A stretch of 63,993 bases of DNA, the filler included, from Dirinaria sp. TL-2023a (Eukaryota): assembly GCA_051941275.1 (NCBI GenBank). It is 5 parts of 5 records of this genome, joined end to end, with 100 filler letters (N's around TTAATTAATTAA, not from the genome) between each part and the next. Parts side by side here need not be neighbours in the genome. Positions count along the whole stretch, not along the records: positions 53,086 to 63,993 come from JAVEBF010000896.1; 4 more parts are not named here. One strand, written 5' to 3'. This document shows, piece by piece, positions 53,700 to 63,993 of the stretch. Under the pieces are notes generated by a model. The model saw nothing but the letters and a program-made list of their open reading frames with translations. It made no database searches and had not been told where the DNA came from. The translations under genes and the position numbers were made by a program. The first letter of the stretch is position 1. The number at the start of each line of letters is the position of its first letter.

Positions 53700-56600
53700 A
53701 TGAGTGGCAATCCCAGTCCGTCTGTAAATATCAGTCGTCGGGAACGATGGCTTGCCTATTTTCCTTTTAGGCACCGTACTCCATCCCCATCACCGTCCTC
53801 ATCGTCTCGGTTGAGCCAAACTGTTAGTTTGTCAATAGCACAGACGTCAAGTTCGATATCCACCCAGGCTATATCCTCGAATACAGCACCAGCCGTACGT
53901 GTCTCCAGTAATTCGTTGACCACTAGCGTTAGCCCGCTATCATTACCGCAAGCGACATCTGCTCCCTCGCCAAACCCAGATCTCCTTCAAAATGTGCTTA
54001 AACGACTCTCAGAAGATGATCGAGCAACTCTACAAGACTGCACGTCCCATAATGTCAGTAACATCGACTTGGCGCTCGAACAAGCTTTGGCCGCGGCGAA
54101 GGAGAAGCAACGATGCTGCATCGAGAAGAGGTGGACATTCACAATTAAAGGGCGAACCGTCGTAATGAAGGAGAAGGCAGATAAGGTGGTCGGCTGGCTG
54201 AACCGATTCGCAGCGGTCGGAGACATCGTGGCCAATGTCGACCCGGTGCATGTGGGCTTGCCGTGGGCTGGCATTCGTCTGATGCTCGAGGTAAAAGCCT
54301 GCGCTTTCGAAATGAATTATCTAGAGATCTTACAATTCAGCTAACAGGCTGCCGTGTCTGAAGCGAACCAGATGACTTCGCTACTCGTTGGATGCGAGAC
54401 TGCCCTGTACATGGCGAACAGACTCAAAGCCTATTTCGAGTTTCTTCATCAGCTGCCGATGACGCTGACCCGCGCCAACTTTGAGATGGCCGTAATAGAG
54501 CTGTATGCGCGTATCCTCGGATTCTTGGCTCACGCTATTCGGATCTACCAGACTTCGACCTCTCATCGTGCACTTCGTGCCTTTTGGACCGACAGTGATA
54601 TTGTAGAATTTGAAAAAGCGTGCAACGAGCTCGGAGCTAGGGCTGAGATTGAGGCGAGCAACTGCGACCGCACACTCGATGCTCAAGATCGAGAGTATAT
54701 CAGAAAGCTGAAGCAAGATCTACAAAAAGTGCTCGAGGAGCTCAAACAATCCCATCAGCTTCAAGTATCGCTCGATCGGCTTGAGACCAAGATTGATCTG
54801 GATAAGTTGCCGTACGCGAAAGGAGCAATGTACAACTCCTACGGAGACGATCACGTCACCTGTCATCCTGACACCCGAGTTGACTTACTTCATGAAATCT
54901 ACGATTGGGCTCAAGATCCTCACAGTAAGATTATATTCTGGCTGAGCGGCTGGGCGGGCATTGGCAAGTCGACGATTTCTCGAACCGTGGCTGAACGGAT
55001 AGCCAGTCAAGGTGGCCTTGACGATGTTGATCTTGGTGCTAGCTTCTTCTTTAAACGTGGTGAAGGTGATCGAGGGTCGGCATCACGATTCTTTTCCACC
55101 ATCACGCGTGAGCTTGTGTTGAAGATATCAGGACTCGATATTTTCATTGCGGACGTGATTAGCCAAGATCCATTAATCTTTGATAAAGCATTAGGTGAAC
55201 AGTTCGACAAGTTAATTTATCAACCATTACGTCAAATGGATTTGACTACGAGTCGTTATACTACTTTCATTGTGGTCGTTGATGCGTTGGACGAGTGTGA
55301 GAAAGAACGGGACGTGAAAGCAATCATCGATCTATGGTCTCGATTAGCCGATCTCGCCACTGTCCGTCTTAAATTACTCCTCACGAGTCGGCCGGAATTA
55401 CCTATTCAACTAGGATTCAAGAACATATCTACAGCCATTCATCAGGATATCGTTCTTCAGGATGCAGTCCCTCAGACAACGATAGAACATGACATTTTGA
55501 TTTTTCTAGAGGATGCTTTTAGGAGAATTCGCGATTCCTACAACTTAGACCCTTTATCAGGAATACGTTTAGATCAAGACTGGCCTGGAGAACAAGAACT
55601 TCAAAGTCTGGTCGATATGGCTTCTCCTCTGTTTATCATTGCAGCAACCGTGTGTCGTTTTGTTGGTGATTCTGACTGGGACCCTCGAGAACGACTGAAA
55701 AAGATTTTACAATCCTCAAGCATTGAAAAATCACAACAGATAGCACAGACGTATCTACCTGTTCTGACTCAGTTATCGACACGATTGAAAGACTCAGATG
55801 ACAAGGATGAGTTGCATCGAGAGTTTCGCATGATCGTCGGATCTATCGTTTCACTTGCTGAGCCACTGTCTAAACAGTCCTTATCTATTCTTCTGAATAT
55901 CTCTGCAGACATAATTGAGCTCCGTCTTCGACCGTTACACTCTGTGCTGCGGATTCCCACTAACTCGGATACACCAGTTCGAACTCTCCACCTATCATTC
56001 AATGAGTTCTTAATCAGTGATCAGCTTCAGTTGGAACCGTTTGGAATTAATGGTCCAGCTACACATCGCATGCTGCTCTCCAGATGCTTACAGTTGCTGT
56101 CTAGGCCTGGAGGTCTAGAAGAGAACATGTGTAAGCTCGAGTATCCTGGTAAGCCAAGACGAGAGATCAATCAAGCCACGATCGATAATCGCCTTACGCC
56201 TGCAGTTCAGTATGCATGTCAGTACTGGGTCCAGCATATTGAACATAGTAAGATTAAGATCCACGATCAAGAAGATGTGCATTTGTTCTTACAGAAGCAC
56301 TTTCTCCATTGGCTTGAAGCAATGAGTTTGATGAGCAGGCTCGCTGTAGTCATTAAACAAATACGAGTATTACAATCACTCGTGTCGGTGAGTGGCTGTT
56401 AAAACTTGCGATTGAGAATTCAATACTGATATTTTTGGTGCAGCCGAATAATTCAACTTATTTGTTAGATTTCCTTCAGGATGCGCTAAGAGTTGTTTTA
56501 GCTAATAGAAATTCTATGGATCTCGCACCGCTTCAGATTTACTCGTCGGCGATGGTTTTCGCACCACAGACCAGCATAGTGAGAAATATCTGTAGTCAAG

Positions 56601-58534
56601 TTCCATCATGGATACGGAGATTCCCAATCACTCCATCAACGTGGAGTCTGGAGTTACAAACGCTCGAGGGACACACTCATGTGGTCAGCGCAGTGGCATT
56701 CTCGCCGGACGGCTCGCTGCTCGCTTCAGCCTCAGATGATGAGACTGTTCGACTGTGGAACCTAGCGACGGGCCAAGAAGTGCAGAAGCTTAAGGGACAC
56801 AGTGATGAGGTTAGCGCAGTGGCATTCTCGCAGGACGGCTCGCTGCTCGCTTCAGCCTCAGATGATCAGACTGTCCGACTGTGGGACCCAGCAACGGGCC
56901 AAGAAGTGCAGAAACTCGAGGGACACACTGACAAAGTCAATGCAGTGGCATTCTCGCAGGACGGCTCGCTGCTCGTTTCAGCCTCGTTTAATGAAACTAT
57001 CCGACTCTGGAACTCAGCAACGGGCCAAGAAATGCAGATGCTCAAAGGACACACTGATCAGATTAACGCAGTGGCGTTCTCGTCGAACGACTCGCTGCTC
57101 GCTTCAGCCTCAGATGATCAGACTATCAGACTGTGGGACTCAGCGACGGGCCAAGAAATGCAGAAACTCGAGGGACACACTGACAAAATCAATGCAGTGG
57201 CATTCTCGCAGGACGGCTCGCTACTCGCTTCAGCCTCAGATGATGAGACTGTTCGACTGTGGAACTCAGCAACTGGTCAAGAAGTGCAGAAGCTCGAAGA
57301 GAACACTCATTGGGTCCGCGCAGTGGCATTCTCGCAAAACGGCTCGCTACTCGCTTCAGCCTCATTTGATGGGACTATCAGACTGTGGGACTCAGCGACG
57401 GGCCAAGAAGTGCAGAAACTCGAGGGACACACTCATGGGGTCAGCGCAGTGGCATTCTCGCAGAACGGCTCGCTACTCGCTTCAGCCTCAAATGATCAGA
57501 CTATCAGATTGTGGGACTTAGCGATGGACCAAGAAATGCAGAAGCTCGAGGAACACGCTACTGAGGTCAACGTAATGGCATTTTCGTCGAACGGCTCGTT
57601 GCTCGCTTTAGCCTCATATGATCAGACTATCAGATTGTGGGACCCAGCGACGGGTCAAGAAGTGCAGAAACTCGACGGACACACTCAAGTGGTCAGCGCA
57701 GTGGCATTCTCGCAGGACGACTCGCTACTCGCTTCAGCCTCATATGATCAGACTATCAGACTGTGGGATCCAGCAACTGGTCAAGAAGTGCAAAAGCTCG
57801 AAGGACACACTCATTGGGTCCGCGCAGTGGCATTCTCGTCGAACGGCTCGTTACTCGCTTCAGCCTCAGATGATCAGATTATCAGACTGTGGAACTCAGC
57901 AACGGGTCGAGAAGTGCAGAAGCTCAAAGGACACACTGATCGGGTCAATGCAGTGACATTCTCGCAAGACGGCTCGCTACTCGCTTCAGCCTCATTTGAT
58001 GAGACTATCAGACTGTGGAACCCAGCAACTGGCCAAGAAGTGCAGAAGCTCGAAGGACACACTCATTGGGTCCGCCCAATGGCATTCTCGCAGGACGGCT
58101 CGCTACTCGCTTCAGCCTCAGATGATCAGACTATCAGACTGTGGGACCCAGCGACGGGCCAAGAAATGCAGAAGCTCGTATTTGGGAAGCGCATTGACAC
58201 ACTTAGCGTTACGAACGGCAATAAAATTCTACTCACTAATCGCATTGAAACACTTAGCTTTACGAACGACGATAAGATTCTACTCACTAATCGGGGGACT
58301 ATAGAAATTGAACAAGGATCGAGACTCGTTCTGCCTCCCGAATCTTCCCCAAATCAGACATCGATGATATACGGCAACTGGATTCGGCAAGGTAGCCGTG
58401 ATCTCCTCTGGCTTCCGCAGGAATATCGGAACTGTAGCTCAGCATTTAATGGCAACACCTTTGCATTTGGATTGCACTCTGGTCAAGTCAATTTTATAAA
58501 GCTTGATTTTCCTTCTAAAATGTCTTATGATTAA
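53700..58534 (+). CDS. Fungal NLR (HET-E/NWD type): N-terminal helical NACHT_N/Goodbye-like domain + NACHT + 12 WD40 repeats, about 1573 aa, 3 exons
   Basis: Exons 53700-54290, 54348-56387 and 56444-58534. DPVHVGLPWAGIRL, CHPDTRVDLL, GWAGIGKST Walker A, VVDALDECE Walker B, LLTSRPE, LHLSFNEFL, FLHWLEAMSL, APLQIYSSA. Confidence 0.93.
56663..58174 (+). repeat. 12 x 126-bp high-identity WD40 tandem repeat array
   Basis: 42-aa unit LEGHTxxVxAVAFSxDGSLLASASxDxTIRLWDxATGQEVQK counted 12 times, with exact 126-bp periodicity. Confidence 0.95.
58190..58291 (+). repeat. 51-bp in-frame tandem duplication in the NLR C-terminus
   Basis: RIDTLSVTNGNKILLTN / RIETLSFTNDDKILLTN. Confidence 0.85.
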
Positions 58535-60507
58535 GATGAAGAAGACAAAACACAAATGTTTGGAACAGTAACTACTATGCTCCAGTAGTGTCTCACCATG
58601 GCAGACAGCTGGCTTTTAGTTTTACGGCAATACAGTCAGGCTCTAGAACATTAAAACAAAAGATGAACTGTAAGCTGTTCCGTTTAACTTATGATCAGCA
58701 GTCTGTCTCTGCATCGGGATTTGAGTCACTTGAATATCAACAGAGGACTGATCAAATTGGTTGTCAGGGACTAGGCTAGGATGACTATCAATATATTATA
58801 TTATAGTCGGATGGACTGAGGTCTATATACATGGTAGTATACAAGACGAAAGACGAGGAAGAAAACAGGACGAAGGTGCGAAAATGTAATTTAACATCAG
58901 ACGAAACCTGCTAGCGCGCCAAGTCAATAGCGCGGCCACACGTGATTGCCTGCCAGGCCTGGCACAGGCCTGGCAACATGACATTGGTGAAACATAAGAA
59001 AGTTAAATGCGAAATATAACTTACACATGAACATCGCTTAAATTTTTTTAAGGTTGTAAAATATTACCTTGAGCTTAGGCCATGCATCTGACCAAATCAC
59101 GCTCTTTTGGTCGGGTGTACTTGAGAAGAATGAATAACGATGTTATCTTATGTTCATAACTTTACAGCAGAGGATTCAGGGGTAGAGGTAGAATTTATTT
59201 GCAGTGTTGTTTCTTGTCGATTGTGCCAGAATCTTCGAGGCATTTCAGAACCTTAGAAAAGTTATAAAAATTTACAAAACTTTTGTTCATATGGGCAGCA
59301 TTAGCAAGCTTCTATAACAACAAAAGCTAGTAAAAGTGTGAACCTTATTCGTATAAAATCTCGAGACCAGATATTAGATCCTTAGCCTATTTAAGCGTTT
59401 TCTCTTGCGACGAAGTAAGATATCATTGGTATAAGTCTTCTTTTGAACGTCGCATATGTACACGACCATGGAGGTAAGAAAGAGAGACATTCCTGTGTCT
59501 CACTATAGCATGGTATTCTTGAGGCTCTCCCAGCAGAAGGCCTCGTGCAAGGGCTGTACAAAGATGGAGACCGGAATGGCACTTCAGCACACAGAGGAAT
59601 CTGACTTGTGGCTGTTCATAGAGGCCCCCAGAAGTACGCCACAATGTCTGGATACAGAGTTATTTAAATCATAATACGACTAGCGTGGTAATAACAAACT
59701 GCGATAAACTCTTCTGGTATGAAATTTTGCTCCCTTATTGTCCGGACAAATTCGGCAAGCTGACTTTCTTGTATTTCGTATCTTCAAATTTTGATCTCAT
59801 AATCTTCCATAATGCTGCTTTCATAATAAAGCTCCGAAATTAATAAAATAGCCTGTAATCATCGAGCAGGGGGGTGCAGTGGGAACGGCTTTCGACGCCA
59901 TGGACGGAATTATTGACAATATGATCACAACAACGGTTTTTTTCCAATGAAATTCAGATCCTTCTGGAGTAACAATCGAAGAACCATTGCATCTTTAAAA
60001 TGACTTGATATGCTGATGAGGGGGGAATTTAATACCGCAAAACAGTAAAATTGTCTCGGCACGGGGGGATTCTCGGCACGCAGGGATGGACGTTACGTGT
60101 TACACACGCTCAAAGGTGGCGTGTATCGAGAATAACTTAAGCATCGTTTTTTGATAAGTGTTATGGAACGAGATTTATGAAAAAGAGCGGTGTTCGTTAT
60201 GGGAAATAGCTATACTCAGCGCCTGAATGCATATCTTCAGTGCGAAGCTACCGAGTAAGACGCTTATAGCATCGAAGCTGTGAGACAGGGACTAACTTAG
60301 TCGACTCAGTCGATAACCAACATTGCAATATGGGAACATGATCTTGTCCATGCGCCAAGTCAGACTTTATGCTATTGTTAACTAAGTTAATATGATGCTT
60401 CAGCCCTAGGTTTTTCAAATCGATGCTCGAGACTCAAGACGACTCTTCTGCCATCGCCGCAAGGAGCGCGCTGAAAGTTTCCCCTTGTTTCTTTCTCACG
60501 CATTCCT

Positions 60508-61379
60508 CTATTCGCTATCTTCACCGTATTCATCCTCATTCATCTCATCATCCTCGTACTCATCATCAGAGCTGTCGCCATATTTCGACGTAGATAATGA
60601 GTAGTTGTCATCATTTTCACCGCAATCTCTATCTTTTCCTTCACTGTCCCTCGAGAATTCACTACCATCTTCACCCTCATCATTATGCTCATGCATACAC
60701 ATATACTCTTTGCCACTATTATCGTTCTTGAAACTACTACGTACCTCGTCGTCCTGACCCTCGGCTTTGATAAGTTGATAAATCTGCGCTAACACGATCT
60801 TCTCGATCGCATTGCAGTAGATTGACGGAGCTCGATGCTTCGCTGCTTTGACTGCGACCTTCAACCAATCGACTTGATCTAAAAGAGATTCTAAAACCCT
60901 TTGAAGTTCCAGCGAGAAGATATCCAAAACCGAGTTCGACAACGAATGACATAGACTAACGATCGAAGAGTCACGTAAGAGAGTTGTGACATTTCGTTCA
61001 TCTTCGTGTTCCGTTGCATGGACTAGATTATCCCATGTTGTTTCAAATGGGATAGAGAAAATCCTCTCGATCTTCGAGATCATCGAGTAAGAAGAGAGCG
61101 AGTAAACGTGAAGAGATTGAGAGTTTCGCGGGGGCAAGAGAGATGGAAGTCGAAGATATTGAGTCGACAGATCTGTCGTATTTGAAACGTTCATGAGTAA
61201 GATATGACAAATTGACTTTCAAGAGGATTTTCTGCTACTTCTCTTGAGATTGAATAGATTTGAAGATTCAGCTTCGATTTAACAGTTATGTACATCCTCA
61301 GATAATGATGACTCACCGCTGCAACCTTCAAGCTTCTGAATTTAGTCTTCGGATCCAGATGTGCTTTTAAAAAGCTCAT
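60508..61379 (-). pseudogene. Degraded unknown gene with acidic C-terminus in the mutated tract
   Basis: Abutting 228-aa and 62-aa ORFs, acidic tail, S/F/E/D-enriched composition like the neighbouring mutated sequence. No family recognised. Confidence 0.35.
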
Positions 61380-62080
61380 AATTTAGCATTTAAAAATAAA
61401 TGAAGTGGGTCAGAATGAGAGAAATGATCTCTGTATTCAAGAAGAAAGACATCGACGTTGAAGGACATGACGGTTGACTTAAGACGAATCGAGCAATGTA
61501 ATAAGAATCTTGACTTTAATATTTGAGATGCAAATGAATTTTACTGATGTTGATCATTCGATCGATTCTTAATCTTCTGGTCTTTGTTAAGGCTCAAGAC
61601 CCGCGTATCTTTTTCTCGATGTATGAAGCGCTGTTCGAATGTCCACACTTCGCTCAAGTAATCTAGATCGTGCGGCTTATAGAACGAAGTGCCGTCAGAA
61701 GTTATTCGAGCATATTCGTAAGTTCTGATCATTCGTTAAGAAACACGAACGATCTGACAAGATCTCAAAAGTGAACAAGCTTGAAATCTCAATCGAGTCG
61801 ACAGAAGTACGATTGATTACAAGTGATGACGATGATTACGTCTGAAAAATACTATCGGAGAGACAACATCTCTTTGAAAAACATTTAAGCAAGCATTCGA
61901 TTGACGCTTATCGAGAGCTATGTCGAGAAGTCGGTGTTTCATTTGAAGCTGTCTCAGCTCAAGAATCGAACGTTGCTGCGAAGAGAAAATCATACGAGCT
62001 GAGATCAGAAGTTAGAAAACGTCTGATCTCTGTCACTGAGACTCAGCTGATGCAGATAATAGAATAATTCGAGTCTCGAA

Positions 62081-62377
62081 GTGAGCTTTACCACGATCAT
62101 CGAACAATTAACAGCGAAGAAGCTAAAATTGACCGCTGAACTAGAGAAGTCAAGCGATCAAACTAAAAAGGCAATAAAGATGAAGGAGCTTGCGGAAGAA
62201 GAGATGACTCGCTTAAAGTCAATCATACAAGCAGTCGAGATGAACAAGAGAATGTTACAGCAACAAGTGCAAGATCTTACAGATCTGATGAAATATTTTC
62301 GAAAGACTATCACACAGTCAGTGAACGAATTTATAAATCGACTCAAGCTTGACTTGAATATCTTGTCTGTAAGATAA
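62081..62377 (+). pseudogene. Coiled-coil ORF remnant
   Basis: Heptad-rich 98-aa frame with no ATG start, in CC/GG-poor sequence. Confidence 0.35.
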
Positions 62378-62711
62378 AATGGCGGATAGAAGTTGTATGA
62401 GACATTGTACCTTAGAACATTAAAGATTGATGAGATAGAGATCTTTGTAAGCGAGGAAGTTGCATAGTCTTTTCAAGACGATAATAAAATCTCATCCCCG
62501 CGTCGTGAAAACAAATCTGAGTAATGAAACTTGATCAAGATACGAATACTTCGATTTTCGAGACTCTCTTTACGATATGGCAACGCGCTGAGGAAGTGCG
62601 TGCTGGGGCACATCTTCTCTGAGGGTTCTACTCGGAAAGAGCACTTTGTGAGAAATGTCCCTCAGACGTCTTCAAAGAACACTGTGAGTGATGCTTATTC
62701 GTTTATTTCAG

Positions 62712-63993
62712 CTTGTCGTTGTTGATGATCAATCTAGCGAGAAGTTTTTCGTCTTGAAAGGTCTCACTGAGCTCCCATTCTCTCGCGATAGCACTCTGTG
62801 TACTCGCTTCGCAACGCAGATTATTCTTCGAAGAGCTGAAGAGACAAGCATGACAGTTTTCATCATTTCATCTTCATCGAGCGATGCAGCACGAGAGACA
62901 AAGCTGAAAGCTTTCAAAGATGATCGCCCGAGAGCCTTCTCGACAGATGACTTCAGTCGCTTGCTGACGAAGATATGTCACTATATCTATTGCAAGCATT
63001 GCTCTAATATTTGAGCTGAAAGAATTGAAGACTAATGATACGATGAGTATTTCTGCTCCTGAGTGTCAAAGAGTCGAGAAGCAATCGAGTTTTTCGATGA
63101 TGTCTTCAGAATTCAGCTCTGCGATTTCGAAAAAAGTCACTTAAGCGTGATTGACGTATCTGAAATATTTCGAACCACTGAAGAAGGCAACATCACTGAT
63201 GAGGATAAATTATTGATCAAGAATATGGTCCGTCGCTACATCGAAAATCCTCGCACCATTATACTTGCGGTAGTAGTCGCCAATGTCGACATTGCAATCA
63301 CGAAAATAGTTGATATGACAGCAGAAATTGATTCGTCCGAGCAGCGAATACTTGAGATCATTATCAAGTCAAATCTGATAGACTCAGAGACGGAACATAA
63401 CGTCATGAACTTAGTTCGGGGCAGAAAGAAGAAGTCAAAGCTTGAATACTGTGTCGTTCGAAATCGAGACAAGCGAGAACAAAATCTCACTTCGATCGAA
63501 CGTAATCGTTTGTAATCAGTTTTTTTGCAGACAGATTCGTGATCATTTTTCGAGCGAAGTCGAGTCGACATACATGCTCTCGTCATTGATGCCAACTCGA
63601 TTTTTTCTGAAAAGCTAGAGAAAAGAGAGTGCACGACTACTTTCTGTGAGACTAATCATCTTTCTAGTAAGAGATCTAGAAAGTTCAAAACAATGCGGTC
63701 TCGCAAGCTGAAGCTCAAAGAAGAAATATTAACGTCGATTAAAAAGACGATAGTCGAGAAAAATCAAAATGAAGAATTCACGACGTTCGAGTCTTTCGAG
63801 TATTATGAGATATTTAACATCTTGTCGATTACATCAAACTCTTTTCTTTCTCAGATAGAAGACGTTCTAGAATGAATCGAGCGTGAATATAAGTCTTCGA
63901 GAATTTTTGAGCTCGACAGTTTCAATTCATTCATCTTCTCGACCCTTTTTCAAGAATTGTCAGTCAAATGAGAAGATCTGACGAGCCGATAAG
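62712..63993 (+). pseudogene. Dynamin-like (fungal Mx/Vps1-like) GTPase pseudogene, runs off the window
   Basis: Degenerate G motifs LVVVDDQSSEKFFVLKGLTELPFSRDSTLCTRFATQIILRR (G1/G2), LSVIDVSEIF (G3), NPRTIILAVV.ANVDIA, IIIKSNL (G4) and YCVVRNR. In-frame stops, several TGA where W is expected. Confidence 0.88.

Noticed and set aside
53700..54000. Amyloid signalling motif (HET-s, PP or sigma type) at the NLR N-terminus
   Set aside because: The region is Ser/Pro-rich, not a G/N/Q-rich pseudo-repeat, and no adjacent HeLo/HELL/gasdermin effector gene is visible.
56663..58174. Regular repeat array as a CRISPR-like locus
   Set aside because: It is an in-frame 126-bp coding WD40 repeat with no unique spacers and no cas genes. 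The shifted-frame ORFs (56802, 57618, 57996) are by-products of the repeat.
58950..58978. 14-bp palindrome TGCCAGGCCTGGCA with a partial repeat
   Set aside because: A single short instance with no matching partner end, so it is insufficient to call a TIR or regulatory site.
59000..60100. Possible transposon relic downstream of the NLR
   Set aside because: AT-rich with broken frames, but no transposase/RT motif, LTR or TIR could be identified.

Overview
Intron-containing fungal (Pezizomycotina-type) DNA. It is not one locus: five pieces of about 13 kb are joined by artificial 100-bp spacers (N-runs with a central TTAATTAATTAA) at 13191-13290, 26478-26577, 39750-39849 and 52986-53085, so gene order across spacers means nothing. 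Pieces 1-4 are mostly core genes: REX1-like exonuclease, SDH1, CCT4, RPT1, EFG1, SEA4/MIOS, GST, an ankyrin protein, SPP1, TGL4-like lipase, SPT5, an elongase, an ABCG half transporter and an AIM3-like protein. They also carry several secreted proteins, including a 5-exon expansin/loosenin-like gene missed by the ORF track and a deuterolysin-like protein lacking its zinc ligands. Piece 5 is accessory. It holds an intact HET-E-type NLR (N-terminal helical domain, NACHT, 12 near-identical WD40 repeats) and a mutated, AT-rich tract containing a dynamin-like GTPase pseudogene. The most striking signal is that most lesions I could infer in that pseudogene, and many differences among the NLR repeats, are C-to-T changes at the 5' C of CpC (GG to GA on the other strand), not the canonical RIP CpA context. 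This suggests a RIP-like hypermutator with CpC preference. All family assignments are by motif recognition, with no database search.
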